This document shows, piece by piece, positions 1 to 13,880 of a DNA stretch of 64,000 nucleotides (position 1 is its first letter; the number at the start of each line of letters is the position of its first letter). A program made the position numbers and the translations under genes. Location of the stretch: assembly GCF_009914755.1 (NCBI RefSeq), contig NC_060929.1; one strand, given 5' to 3'. The notes under the pieces were generated by a model. That model ran no database searches, was not told the origin of the DNA, and worked only from the letters and a program-made list of their open reading frames with translations. The DNA is from the human T2T-CHM13v2.0 reference genome, Homo sapiens.

Positions 1-255
1 CATTCTGAGGTCTACAGAGAATGCTTTTGATAGGCTAAGGGGCAGGGAGTGGAGCACAATGAATTTTAGTCACTAACATCAGTGTTCTCAGGGACCTATA
101 TGTCATCTTTCAAAACAAAAGTGAATCTACTGGCATATTTAAAAAAAGAAAAAACATTAACTTTCACATAGTCTGTGCCACATGCCAAAATACTTGTGTC
201 TGCTAATTTTGTTTGTATAAAGATTGATTTTGGAATACAGGATGAAAATCATTAC

Positions 256-295
256 CTGGTTCTGCTGCTTCATACAGGGTGTCTTCTGCAGGTCT
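256..295 (-). CDS. RANBP3L: RANBP3L coding exon 3 (RPAEDTLYEAAEP+G); gene continues beyond the left edge
   Basis: Acceptor ttttgtttcctttcag, donor CAG|gtaatg, 40 nt, in frame with exon 2. Confidence 0.95.
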
Positions 296-343
296 CTGAA
301 AGGAAACAAAACCACTGAGGAGAGCTGAGTATTTGCCTTTGTA

Positions 344-423
344 TTATGTTGGTGCAAAAGTTATTGCAGTTTTGGCAATTAAAAGTAATGGCAAAAATTG
401 CAATTACTTTTGCACCAACCTAG
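344..423. mobile_element. MADE1 (Hsmar1-derived MITE), complete
   Basis: 80-bp near-palindrome TTATGTTGGTGCAAAAG...CTTTTGCACCAACCTAG flanked by TA at 342-343 and 424-425. Confidence 0.93.
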
Positions 424-797
424 TACATCAGATTTCCACCCTGCCACTTTACAGAATTCTCAGAAGCCAGGGCTAATAAGCCCGGCCAGGACAAAGCAGT
501 TCACCTTCCTTTGTTCAGCACATAGTCAAGAAAAAACAACGTCTAGTCCAGTGGTTTTATAGTTCAATGGCTGCAGATTCGCTTGTGGAAGTTAGTTTAA
601 AATGTGGATTTTGAGGCACCTATTCTCAAGATTCTGAAGTGGTTGTTCTGGGATGGGGTCCAGGAATCTGCTTTTTTAACAAGGGCTTGGAGGTTGAGTG
701 TTTCTTTTGTTTAGTGTTTTTGTGGGTAGTAGGTTAAATTACCTGCATGGGTAAGAATGAATACCAAGAAATAAGGTAAAATGAGAATCTAGTGGAG

Positions 798-1101
798 TTT
801 TTTGTTTGTTTAGAGATGAGGTCTTTTTCTGTCACCCAGGCTGCAGTACCAGCAGTGCAATCATAGCTCACTGCAACCTCTAACACCTAGGCTCAAGCAA
901 TCCTCTTGTCTCAGGCTCCCAAGTAGCTGGGACTGACTACAGGCACATGCCACCATGCCTGACTAATTTCTTTTTATTTTTTTGTAGAGATGGGGTCTTG
1001 CTTTATTGATCAGGCTGGCCTCGAACCCCAGGCTTCAAACAGTCCTCCCACCGTGGCCTCGAAACATGCGGGGATTGCAGGCACAAGCCATCATGCCCAG
1101 C
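798..1101 (-). mobile_element. AluJ-type SINE
   Basis: Diverged dimeric Alu in reverse orientation, T-rich tail on the left. Confidence 0.85.
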
Positions 1102-1557
1102 AACTAATCTTACTGTTGGTCTTTCAAAACGAATGATTTTATTATGATGCCAAAAAAAGCAGACAGAGTTCAGAAGATCCCTTTTAAATCAAATATTGTA
1201 ATTTAGAATGTGTTTTTTTACCGAGTTTTAGGCTAGGTCAGTGGTGAGGACTCATATGAGGAGCTATAGTCCTCCTAATCTCTTTCAGCTCCTCCCCTTT
1301 TCAAGTTACTCCAAATAAAGATATTACCATAGCGAAACAGTATGTTATCCATAGCTGCAAGACAAGGCCTCTGGCTTCCCATTCCAGCCAAACTGAAGTT
1401 TGTAAATCCTGACTATATAAATAATCTGGAGGCACTACTCTGCTAGTAAAGAACAGGATAAACCTATGCAGCCGTGATATCTTTCAGGATAACTAGCTTC
1501 CTGAAATATAATTGTCTTTGTCAAAGTAAAATTGAACAAAGAAGTAGTCAATCTTAC

Positions 1558-1616
1558 CTTAAAAGTTTGTTCTCCCTTTTCAAAAACAAATATGGGTTGA
1601 GCAATGACAGATTTTT
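1558..1616 (-). CDS. RANBP3L: RANBP3L coding exon 2 (EKSVIAQPIFVFEKGEQTFK)
   Basis: Acceptor ttttttttcacag, donor AAG|gtaaga, 59 nt. 91+59=150 nt restores phase 0. Confidence 0.96.
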
Positions 1617-2931
1617 CTGTGAAAAAAAAGAAAACAGGCAAGAAATCAAAGCATACTCTGACATTTCTTACATCATCTAAAAATATTTGAAGACTTTTTT
1701 TTTGTTTTTTGTTTTCTCTGCATTTGGGTAAAAGCCAAGCTATTTTACATGAATACTATCAATTGCACATTTATAAATAATTTAACAGTTAATTACAGAA
1801 ATAAATACTTGGGGGAAATGATAGCAGTATGTTTCCATAAATAGATAATCCCATTAAAAGAACATGCTTTAAGTGTTTAAGGAAAACAAAATATAATTAT
1901 GTACCTTTAGAATCTCATCAGAGCATAGCGATTAACACCATTGCTTTAAGAATAAAAAGTTTCAATGAGTGAAAAATCTAATCTAGGAGTAGTACTTCCA
2001 CTTAGGTTAGATGTGGAGGTATAAATGATATGTATGCATTGCATTACAACCTTAAAATATCCAGAAATAATTCATATTTTCTTCACTAGTCATACACCAC
2101 ACTTTATTTTTAATATTTAGATAAAAAATTAGTCTTACACAGTGTTATAAAGTAGGTAAAATTTGTCTTCAACCTTGCCAGCCTTATTAATATTTTGTAT
2201 TTTCTTATCTTAGATATGGCAATAGAGAGAAACTCATTCATTCTAGGGTATACATAAGTGATAACAGCTTTAAATATCAACGCTCCAGAATTCTTAAGAA
2301 ATACTATGTGGTAGTTAAGAGCTTGGGCTCTGAAGTTAGTTTAGATAGGCATGTGTTCAAATATAAGTTACATCACTAATTGACTAACTACTTTGGGAAA
2401 CAATGTATCTTTACCTTAGTTTCCTCATCTGAAAAAAAAAAATCAAGATTAAAGCAGTACTTACCTCATAGAGTTTATGTGAAGATTAAATGAGACTTTT
2501 AGATATAATTTTTTAAATTTTAACAAAAACAAAAAAGCCTTAAAGAAAGGTTACCTGGCATTCCACCAATCCCCATTCTAAAACTCATAGCTATCATTGC
2601 TAAATGATGACAACACATTCTGGATGAGACCAAGTAAGACCTCAGAACTTTTCTCAGTATAGCAACCATTACCAACATATTGTCTTGGCATACACTGAGG
2701 TAATTTGCCATCCCTGAGCTGAATAAATAAAGCTGTAGCTGACAAATTTCAAGAAACTACCAGACTTATACAACTTTTAAATGCCAGAAAGGGATTCCCC
2801 ATTTCTCCACAATCTTATCTCATAAGAGTTTCATAATGTCTGCAAACACCCTTTGTGAATTTCCTAGAGCCATGTGAATTTGGATACCTCTTTTCAGTCC
2901 AGTGAAATAAACTGTTTTGTGTTTAGTGGGG

Positions 2932-3245
2932 TTTTTTTGTTTGTTTTTGTTTTTTTGTGAGACAGAGTCTTGCTCTTGTTGCCGAGGCTCGAGTGTAATG
3001 GCCAATGGCTCAATCTTGGCTCACTACAACCTCCACCTCCCGGATTGAAGCGATTCTCCTGCCTCAGCCTCCCGAATAGCTGAGATTACAGGCATGTGTC
3101 ATTACACCCAGCTAATTTGTATTTTTAGTAGAGATGGAGTTTCACCATGTTGGCCACGCTGGTCTCGACCTCCTGACCTCGGTGATCCACCCACCTTGGC
3201 CTCCCAAAGTGCTGGGATTACAGGTGTGAGCCACCACACCTGGCC
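2932..3245 (-). mobile_element. AluS-type SINE
   Basis: Full dimer in reverse orientation, ending ...GAGCCACCACACCTGGCC. Confidence 0.9.
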
Positions 3246-4069
3246 TTGTGTAGTTTTTTTATGCAAGCACTTACCATGCTGTCTTCCCTTGGAGCCAAGT
3301 GATCCCCAGCAGAAAATCTTCACTAATATATTGGCATTACCATTCATATGAAACTATAGCTCAATTCTTTGTTGTTTCTCAAGACAAGCTCCTTTTCCGG
3401 AAATTATATTAGATTTAAGCAGTGAGATTTGCAGAGACTTTGAAAAAGAAATAGTTTTCGTGAATGTGCAGTGGAATATTTATCAGTTAGAATAATAAAT
3501 GTGACTCTTCTAAACTGGGCTTAGGACAGTCATCCCTAAACAGCATGGCTTGATCTAAGCCTACACAAATAATATGTTGACCTTCCCTCTATCCAAGCAT
3601 ATAACTAAAAATGTGCAAAAGTGATCTTCAATGGCAACATTAAAGAGGAAGTCACAAAGAGTACTTGCAGCTTGGAGGGCATATAGCAAAGTAAAAAGGC
3701 CACCTTTATCCATTAATTCAACACATATTTATTGAGCATCTTTTTTACGCAAGCATTGTGCTGGGAACTAGGGACACATGGTCTAATTGAAGGTGCATTA
3801 GTGGCAGCGGAGCCACCTTCCCTCCTTGACACTGCCCAGAACTTGGTTAGCAAAGAGATAACCTTCATACTTCTTCCACCTAGATGCTCTCCCCTTCTCC
3901 CAAACAATTCTCTTAGCTCCAAAGACTGAGTCAAAAGTAAGCATTTGTCAAGCCATTGGGTCTACAGCAGATTTTTTTACCTGACCCAGTAGGAGAATCT
4001 GAAAATAAAAACAGAGTCCTTAAAATTATATTTTTAAAATGTAGCCTTTTTTCCTTTCTACTGTAGTCA

Positions 4070-5150
4070 TTAATCCATTTATTCAACAAATATGTATTGA
4101 GAAATGACAATGTACAAGACATTTTGCATGGTATTGTGGATGTTAAAATTAAGTTTAGCCTAAAGCTACCTTCTTATAAATTCTGCCTAAAGATTTCCCT
4201 GTTCATAGTGAACTGGATGTGTAAACAGACTGGAAACTACTCCTCTACCAATCGCTGAGTTTTGGCCAATCACAGGAGGCCAACTCTTCAAATAGAGGAA
4301 AAGCCAGCTGTAACCAATCCAGCTGTTTCTGTATGTCACTTCCATTTTCTGCAGGTCACTTTCCTTTTTCTGTTTCCTTTTTCTGACCACACGCCAGCAC
4401 CAGAGTCTCTCTCAACCCATTATGGTTTGGGGGCTGCCTGATTCGTAAATTGTTCTTTGCTCGATTAAACTCTAAGAAATTTAATTTTTCTAAACTTTTT
4501 CCTTTAACATGGATAAAGCAGAAAAGAAAACAGATGTAGTCCCTGCCTTTTATAGAGCTTACACTGAGGAGGAGAAACAGAACTAAGTAATTAATTACGC
4601 AATTATTGAAGTTCAACTGGGGTAAGCATTATCAAAGGGAAGTACCAGGCTCTCAACAGGTAACCAACAAGAGAATCTTAGTTTTTGGGGTCAGGGTAAG
4701 GTTTCCAGGAGAGGTGATATTTAGACAGACTTGTAGGATGAGTAGAGGTTAGCCAGGCAAACGTAGAAGAAGGACATTCCAAGCAGAGGGAAAAGCAAGA
4801 GGAAAGTCTCTGAGGAAGGCTGGAGCTTGGCACATTTAATAATGAAAGGAACCAGTGTAGCTGATACCCTAAGAAAACAGTGGACAAGGGTTACAAAACA
4901 GGGCTGGAGATGAGGCTGGAGCTTTGCAAGGCCTTGCAGGTTCTATCAGGGAGTTCTGTTTTTATTCCAAGAAAAATGGGATGTCGAAGAGGGATTTTAA
5001 GCAGGGGAGTGATTTGCTTTGATATGCATTTTTTCTTTTAAAGATCACCCCTCCCGCGGTGATGAAAGGGTATTGGGGGGAAGGGGCTAAGGGAGAGGAA
5101 ATAAGAATCTAATTAAGAGGCTAGTCTAAGTTCTAGAAAAGAGCTGATGA
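4070..5150. mobile_element. L2 fragment, interrupted by MER57
   Basis: L2-end motif CATTTATTCAACAAATATGTATTGAG and typical L2 body. Edges approximate. Confidence 0.6.
4141..4509 (+). mobile_element. MER57-like ERV1 solo LTR
   Basis: TGTTAAAATTAAGTTTAGCCTAAAG...TAACA termini with 4-bp TSD TGGA (4137-4140, 4510-4513). Confidence 0.8.
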
Positions 5151-6621
5151 GGCTGCTCTTTTTTCTTTGTTTAAAATCATGCATCCATGACTTTTTTTTT
5201 AGAGAAATTGAATAATTAAAAGATTAAAATACAGTCTTCTGTGGCAGTGAAAGAAAATGAGGGGATTAGAAAGAAATACTTTAAAACTTAAAGGTTAATT
5301 TTGCTATTTTGCTTGTTTTGAGATTCATGTAGCATTTCATGAATCTCAATATTCAATGTTGTTTTTTTCTGAAATACTTCATTAAGAGAAGACATTCATT
5401 CACCTCACAAATATTATATTGAGTACTTGTTACAAGAAAGAACACGAAGTACTATCTATTTAATTCAATCTCAGTTCACTTGTAATTCTGCTCCACAAGG
5501 GAGGTACACTGTGGGTCAAGTGCTTTTATCCATCATCTGGTCTAAATTAATTATTTTAATCATTCTGTGGATTAAATATGGTTTCTGCCACTTACAGATG
5601 AGGAAACTAAGGCTTGGTTTAGTGCCTCACTAAATGCATACCATTAGTAAGTGGCAACGCCTTTAATTAAATCTAGGCCTCCTGCCTCCAAAACCATTGA
5701 TTTAACTTCAATGCATCATACTCATGTATTATCCTATATGGCTCTACTGGCACATATTAGTCCCAAATGTATGATATGTGACATAATCCAGCACTATGCT
5801 AAGGAAAAATCAGTATAAAATAACAGGACTTTCAGCTTTGTCAAAGTTGATTGACCATACACGTGAACTTCGACTCCCTCCTTAAATCAGAAATCACAAA
5901 ATAATAAGGTTTTCTTGGTGTAGGGGAGGAAGAGGAAGCCACCACAAATACAAGGAAAAATGAAGAGAAATAATAGCAACAAAATTTTGGAAGCTGGGAG
6001 GCAGAAGGACAAGTGGTAACTGACTTTGCAGCCTAATAGAGCTTAAACATAAAAATAAAGAAATACCGTGGTGTGTGGAGATACGGAGATTAATGCCGAA
6101 AGAAACAGTGGTGAGAGTTGGATATAGTTGTCTCTGGGGATCAAGAAAAGGGAGAGCAAAGGAGGGGACAAGGATGAGTCTCCTGTTTTTCCAGAAAAGC
6201 CTCATAAAACCATTTGATTCTTTAAATCACATGAATATGTATAACTTTGAAAATATAAAAACTAAATTAAAAAATAATCCCCTTTCTACCATAGTCAGAC
6301 TCCCAGAATTAGAGGACAAACCCCATGCTGCTTGCCAAAAATAGACTTCTTATTGAATTATCCTGCCCAGCAAGCATACAGTACCTTGCTTCCTGGGCTT
6401 AACTGTTCTTCACATTAAAATAAGTGGAAATAAAGGTATAAGTAAGATGGAGTCACTGAGTTCAGAAAGCAATCAAAACTTCCCCAGAATAACTGAAGAT
6501 CTGCTTTTTATGATGCCATCTAAACCTTTGAAAGACATTTGCTTTAGTTCTTGGCCTTCACCTTTACTCAAAACACTCATCTGAGTCTGTAGACAGGAAT
6601 TCACTAGGAAGAAAACCCAGT

Positions 6622-6800
6622 ACAGTGGTCCCTGTTATCTGTGACTTCAGCTACACATGGTCAACTGCAGTTCAGATATTTTGAGAGAACATTCACATAA
6701 AATTACAGTATATTGTTAAAATTGTCCTAGACTATTATTCTTAATCTCTTGATGTGCTTAATTTGAAAATTAAATTTTATCATAGGTATGTATAGGGGAA
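6622..6800. mobile_element. Tigger4-like DNA transposon fragment
   Basis: TA followed by a CAGTGGTCCCTGTTATC terminus and AT-rich body resembling Tigger4/MER46. Confidence 0.5.
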
Positions 6801-7698
6801 AAAAATTCAGCTGAATGCTATGCATATATTTAATTGCTTTGTCCTCCAGGATTTTAAAGTATTATACTATCACAATCAATGTTTACAATAAACTTTTTTT
6901 TTCTATTTTATGTACTATATACCCCCCCTAATTTTGGGTGGGTTATAAGGTGTCCCTACCTTTTATTTCCATATCTTTAATTGACACCTGGTCTCTGACA
7001 AATAAACCTATTTCAACTGGGAAAGTAACTGGAGGATTTTTTTGCTGGATCCTCTCAGAGATGGGGATTTGAAAGGATCTACTGAGTCAAAAGAAGATGT
7101 CAAAGATAGAGTAAGATGCTGAGAATGGAGTACCTTTGGCTCCATTGTACTCCAGGGGGCATGAGGGACAGGCAGCTTCTAGAAGTCCCCAAGTTTCTGC
7201 TACACAGCTTCCCCCACCTAGATTACAGTACACCTCTTCTTTCCACTTGGTAGTGTAGTAGAGGTGGAAACCAAATTCTCCATGCTGGATAGAACCAGGC
7301 TACTCTAGCCAGGGCTAAAAAAGGTTGTGTAAACAGTCTTGGCAGGAAAGAGGGTGGCAACAAACCCCTGCAGAGGGGCAGGCACTGCCAAATGGGTCAG
7401 CTCTAATTGCTACCAGGACTGGAATTATCCACTTGAACTGTAGCCCTGGCAGTCCCTGCATTTTCTTCTCCCTTTCTTCCTGGCCCTTTCCACATGTCTC
7501 TTCCACATCCTCTTCTCTAATTTCTGCTCCTTGTGCACTGTCTCACCCCAATCTCCAGGACTTTCCTTTATGTCCCTGTCTTCTCACCCTTCTTCACCGT
7601 GTCTGGTTCTTTGGCTTGTCAAAGCATGGATTTTAGAGCTTGGAAGTTAGATGGTCCTAGAGCTGTATTTTAAATAAAGGACTCGAGCCTCAGCTTTT

Positions 7699-7702
<4 letters not shown>

Positions 7703-7785
<83 letters not shown>
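7703..7785. repeat. Compound microsatellite (TC)n(TA)n(TG)n
   Basis: Seen directly; interrupts a MIR-like sequence. Confidence 0.95.
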
Positions 7786-7787
<2 letters not shown>

Positions 7788-8065
7788 CTATTATGAGGAT
7801 TTAAGCAGTATATGCATGCCAGAACACCTACAGCTTCTTCTTCTAACCTTTTGAAACAAAGCAGAATATCTATCTGTATCTGTCTATTCATCTGTCCTCT
7901 GTATATGCACACTTCTCTCCATATATCCAGATGTAGACATCTATCCACACATACATAAACATAAACATGTAGCAATATGTCAGGCTACAGTCTGCATAGG
8001 AGACACTGAATAAAAGTTAGATTCACTTCCCTCCTGCTCTGCTGTCCTGTGTGATATGCACTCAC

Positions 8066-8430
8066 TATATTAGTCTGTTCTCACGCTGTTGATAAAGACA
8101 CACCCAAGACTGGAAAATTTGTAAAGAAAAAGAGGTTTAATGGACTCACAGTTCCACGTGGCTGAGGAGGCCTCACAATCATGGTGGAAGGTGAGAAGCT
8201 CATCTTACATGCAGGCAGACAAGAGAGAATTGAGAGCCAAGCAAAGGGGGTTTCCCTTTATAAAACCACCAGATCTCGTGAGACTTATTCACTACCACGA
8301 GAACAGCTCATGAAGGAAACCGTCCCCATGATTCAATAATTTCCCACTGGGTCCCTCCCACAACACATGGGATTTATGGGAGCTACAATTCAAGAGGAGA
8401 TTTGGGTGGGGACACAGCCAAACAATATCA
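8066..8430 (-). mobile_element. THE1-type MaLR solo LTR
   Basis: Reverse of TGATATTGTTTGGCTGTGTCCCCACCCAAATCTC...; 5-bp TSD CTCAC/CTTAC. Confidence 0.88.
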
Positions 8431-11400
8431 CTTACCTACTCTATGTTAGCTCTGGGGGAAGTGCCTCATTCTTCCCCAAAAGTCTTTCTTTTTCTTTTCA
8501 CTCATTACCTTATGCTTACCCCTAGCTTGCTTCTCATTTCTCTCCCATCTTTTTTATTCTTTTTATTTTTTGATATCAGGAAGTTTCCAAATTCAGATGT
8601 GGCCCATAAATAGTCTTAGAGATCCTTGCTCCTCAAAGTGTGATCCAGATGGACCAGCAGCATTGACAGGGAGCTCATGAGAAATGCAGAATCTCAGTCT
8701 CCACCCCCGACCTACTAAGTCAGAAGCTACATTTTATAAGGTTCCCGGGTGATTTGTAGACATGCTAATACTTGATAAGCAGTCCTCTAGAGCACATTCA
8801 GATTTCTGTCAACTGAGATCAAATTTAGGAAAATGGCAGTAAAGATTCCTGGACTACTCTAGTAGTCACTAGTTAGAGTAGTGACTACTAACTAGTAGAG
8901 ACTAAACCTGTGGGATGTTCTGAGTAAGCTCACAATTAATGTGAAAATAATTACTATTCAAACCGTATACTATAATTACTACAATTCAGTGTAAGGTGAA
9001 GTCAAGGGCTACCCTAAGTACTTGCAAAGAAATCTCTGTGGTAAGGATATTGAAATGTCAATATTGATATTGATATTAAAATTAGTCATTTGGATATTCT
9101 GCTTGAAGCAATTAATGATTTCTTCTCACATGCAAAAGTTCGCTTTCTGTTTTAATGATATACCTAAAATCTAACTTATTTACATGAACAAATTTTTTTG
9201 GAAAAGGTCACCGGTTGAGATTATTGAATGGTGATTAAAATGTTCATTGCTGCAAAGCAAAAATTTAAGCTGGAAGCATAAACTACATCAAAAACATTGG
9301 CCATAGCTCTAAAATTCCTCAACAAAAATTTGAAACATCTGAAGTTTCAAATGTAAAAACTGACATTATCTGCAGAAAAAAAATAGACAAATCATAGCAG
9401 GGGATCTCAATCTCTGCATGGAGCCCAAGGAAGAGGAGATACAGAAAGTCAGAATCACGATCTTGATTTTTTAAAAAAGAACAAACAAAAAACCAAACCT
9501 ATGTTGAAGTATTTTAAGATAGTTAGAGAAGGGGCAAATTGTATCCCCAGAGGAAGAAGGAATGTGTGCCAATTCACAAAGGAACCACAAGCATGAGACA
9601 TTCTGTACTTGTTTCTACTTATTTCTAGCCATATGTGGGGGAACTCTAAAAAACTTTTTTTAATGAAATAAACAACAAACTATCTACTAAAAGATTAAAA
9701 AGTATGTTTTACAGAAGGAGGTGGTAGGGCCACAGCATGACATTACTAACTGTGATGGGACACTCTGGTTCTATTTCCTGAGATACTTTGTACCAATTTG
9801 AAGGTAAGATAACGAGGCCTCTGGGGAAAAGAGAGGCAATTTATACAGAAAGTTTCCAGGCTGACTCACAAAGCACTAGCTCAACTGGAGAAGCAAGATG
9901 AATGGATCCTGCTGAAACGATTGCAGCCCTGATCATACATGTTGAAGATGTAACCAATTTTGTGTTCAGATCTTTATACCAGATGTATATGAAGTAAAAG
10001 GGTAGGAACCCTTATCCCTTTTGATCTAACTGCAGTTTTAACTATACTTGTTCTTAACTGCTTTCAAGTTTTTATCAGAATGAAGTTATAAACTGCCAAC
10101 TCTGGGAAATCTAGCATTTCTTAGTTTATATTCATTTATGACAAACACCCACTAGAGAAAAAAGAATCAACATGTGAAAAAAATAAGGAAAGTTATTCCT
10201 CTTTTCTCATCAATACCAAGCTGATAAAGAAAGCAGTTATTTTCAGAATGGAAATCATTTCACAAGAAGAAATTGGAGAAGATGAGAAAACTCTCTGTCA
10301 ATATGACTGATTACAACCATTATTATCCAGAGCTTTGTCTAATCCTTCTCATTTTCTGAACACATCTGATTCTCATGCTGATAATCTTCAAGGGAACCAT
10401 TCATTTTAAGTTCTAAAGACTCAACTCTCTCCTCCACTGATTTGTACATTGTTCTAGATCTAGACACTGAACAATTTTGAAAAACCAAGACATAGAGATA
10501 AGAAAATATCTAATGTGAACAAGAGGCAAGAAGACTCATAGGTTGTATCAAACACAGACCTGCTACCCTTCTGAAAGCAGGACCAAACCCTTGAAAACTC
10601 TTGGGTTGAAGGCACTTCTCACCCCAAACGTAACTCCAAACTGTGCTGCTTCATTTATAATCCAGCCACATGTGATAGTGGGCCATAGCCAGTGACTTAA
10701 TTTCATTTGCATTTAAGAAACTGGGGATCTTCAGCAGCAATAATTCAATTGAAGAAAAATTCTTCTCATTTTTTAAAGTTATTTACTTCACTAACATCTT
10801 TATGGAGTTCACAGAGTCCTAAAAACAGAATTTTTGTTAAATCGTTTCACATAGAACATCAGGCAGATCACCCTATCAATCAAATACAGTGGTGACTGAA
10901 GAAACTGAATTTATATATGTATTTTGAAAATGTTTTGTAATTGATCCCCAAAGATATGATCATCACGTGCAGTGCTAGCTTTTTATTTGGGGGTGATCAG
11001 GGACTAGAATGGTTTTATAAGGACTTTCTTTGTTTTTTAATAGATCTTTTTCAATGACTATCACAGCATGCTCCATTATATTTTACTATTGTTTTAGTGT
11101 CAGGACATTACTCTTTGAATTATTATTTTTTCTTTCTTCTTAAAGATAATAGCTACCATATGAAATGCATATACCCATCATGACTAGTCTTTACTCTTTT
11201 GCCTTTTGAAATGTTTAACTTAATATGACTTTAAGAAGTACCATGAAAAGTTAGATCTGGCTGATCACCAAGGATGCTTCTTTATGCCCTGGCATAATAT
11301 AAAAATTTACATTTGTGCCATACTTTATAAGACATATTTACATATATTAATATTTGGTAAATAAAAGAATGACTGCTAGGAACTAGAGGTATGGTTTTAA

Positions 11401-13427
11401 AAACCTGAGCTTTGGAGAAAAACAGACTGGATTAAAATTTTATCTCCTCAAGTTACTGTGTGAGCTGGGGCATGTCATTTGAACCCTAGAGTCCAGGTTT
11501 TCTCACCTGTGAAATGGGGATCATTAGACCTACCTTATAGAGTTGTAACGATTCAGCAAGGTCATGTATGTAAAACACTCAGCACAGTGCCTGCCTCATA
11601 AGAAATGCTCAGTAAGCTGCAGCTCTTATTACATGATATGATCCTCAAGAAGTTAGTTATTGAACCCTTTTGCTCATGAGAGAACTAAGGCTCTAAAATT
11701 ACGGGACCTGTCTCAGGTCACACAGATAATTCTTAGATATCTGAGACTATAATGCATGAGAGCTGACTCCAAATCTTTTTTCTCTAAGTTAGCTTTCTTC
11801 CTGGCTTCCATTGTGAGTTAAACGATTATTTTACAGCTTCTTCTTTTCTGAAAGGTGACATGCCTGGGCTATGATGGCTCTTTCCTGCCTTTCATGGTTC
11901 TGTATAAACCTGGTTGGGACATGATCCTATATTGTGTGAGTCTTCCTGCACTTCAGTTTTGCCGTCTATAAAACACTGCAAGATGCTTCTGTTATTCTTG
12001 CCATTATTTGTACACATTCTGACTCTAAAGAGATTTGATCAAGAATGTCTGCAGGCAAGTGGCATAGTGATCCTAGCAATGTAAAATCTCCATGTAAATA
12101 TTTCTTTTCAGACACTGGCAGCAATAACTAAGAAGAATGTGTTACTTTTGACAGGGCACACCCATTTCTGCATAATTTGAAGGCGTTACTTTGTCTATAA
12201 ATAAGACTATTGTGTTCTTTTGTGACAAAATTTACTTGCAATGTTTACTTGAATATGCTTATTAGGAGCAAATGTGGGACTTCTGGATTGATAATGACAG
12301 AAAGAACTGTTTGCTCTTTCTCTACACTACTCCCTTATTTAGGCCCAAGGGCTCAGAAAGTTGCAGAATGTGTCCTAGGATGTGCTTGGTCAACCTGATA
12401 CCATTTGGAAATACATATTTAATTTGACAGCATTTGTAAATCACATATTTTTCACTCAGAATAACTCGCAGTGTGAAAATGCTCCCATATGTTAAAAATG
12501 GGTCTCTGCTTCGCTGAGGGAGTGGGGAACAAAGTCTAGGTTTCATGGGATGTTGGAAATATGCATTGAGCAGGCACATACGCAAGTCTAAAATGGTGTC
12601 TTCTCAAAGTTAATTTTAAATAATAATTAGTAGATTTTTCATTACTGCTAACATTGAAGAGGTACTTTTGACACAAAATATCATATCAGTAAGAACTAAA
12701 TCACTCTTCAAAAAGACTACTAATAAGTTAATACAGCTGAAATATAGCTTCATATATTGAGTCCAGATAAATTTAAATCCTTCCCCTTTGGTGAAGAAAC
12801 ATACTATTTTTAAATTTCTTCATGGATTCCAAGGACACAGGCCGGATGGAGAAGCTTGATTCCAACTTCTTCCAATTCTAAAACTCATTTCTTTAAACTA
12901 ATTCCTCTTTATCTTGAGCCTTTGAGCACATAGAAGAAAAAGCTCCTTGTTTCTCCATTTCCACAGGAATAAGTGGATGTTATTCCACGGAGAACAAGTC
13001 TTTGGCAGTCTATTCAGGAAGAAGGAGCTGAGCTGCCATCCAAAGCCCGACTAGCCCAGGAGGGGCCTGGTCCCCATTCTCCTCTAGGGAACCCCCAGGA
13101 GACCCATCATTCCTCTTCTCCTTGTGTTTGAGGGCTGAACTGCCCTCCTGGCCCTCAGGCATAGAAATGTAGCAGGAATAACATGATGCCTGTGGCAGAT
13201 GGTTCTGCAGTGATATATATTATTGCACCATATCAGAACTAGTTTGGAGGAAGTAAAGGCCAGGTAGTAATTTGTACACTTACCAGAAACGTTTTGTTCA
13301 CCAAGCTAATAAAAATTAGCAGAGAAAAGTTTTTACTTTTAAAATTTATATGACTTGAAAAATTCCCAGGAAAACTGAAAACAGTCCTGTAAATTTATCT
13401 ATTTCTGAGGATGCCTGGCTAGCTCAG

Positions 13428-13659
13428 TTGGCTCACTACAACCTCTGCCTCCTGAGTTCAAGTAATTCTCGTGCCTCAGCCTCCTGAGTAGCTGGGATTA
13501 CAGGCATGTGCCACCATGCCCAGCTAATTTTTGTATTTTTAGTAGAGATGGGGTTTCAACATGTTGTCCAGGCTGGTCTCAAACTCTTGACCTCAGGTGA
13601 TCCACCCACCTCAGCCTCCCAAAGTGCCGGGATTACAGGCATGAGCCACCACACCCAGC
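13428..13659 (-). mobile_element. AluS-type, 3' end and tail missing
   Basis: Starts abruptly within the right arm; no poly(T). Confidence 0.85.
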
Positions 13660-13842
13660 ACGTTAATTTAACCTTACTCAGTTTTCAAAATGAAAAATGT
13701 TACAAAAAAAAAAAAAAACACCAAAATTTTAATCCATATTTGAGAATGAAGCTTCTTATAACAAAAGTTTGTCTTGTTAAATAAACAGAACCTCATAATC
13801 TGTAGTACTGGTATGGGTCTTGCCTATGCTCTGTATATAAAA

Positions 13843-13880
<38 letters not shown>

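Noticed and set aside
2555-2718. Exon-like segment on the minus strand in intron 1 (ttattcag ... CAG|gtaacc), overlapping ORF 2520-2711
   Set aside because: 164 nt with a stop in the frame set by exon 1; exons 1 and 2 already join correctly; no support beyond splice-like motifs.
3094-3351. Alu-derived ORFs (also 13506-13784, 14177-14431, 28292-28552)
   Set aside because: Standard Alu translations with no splice or coding evidence.
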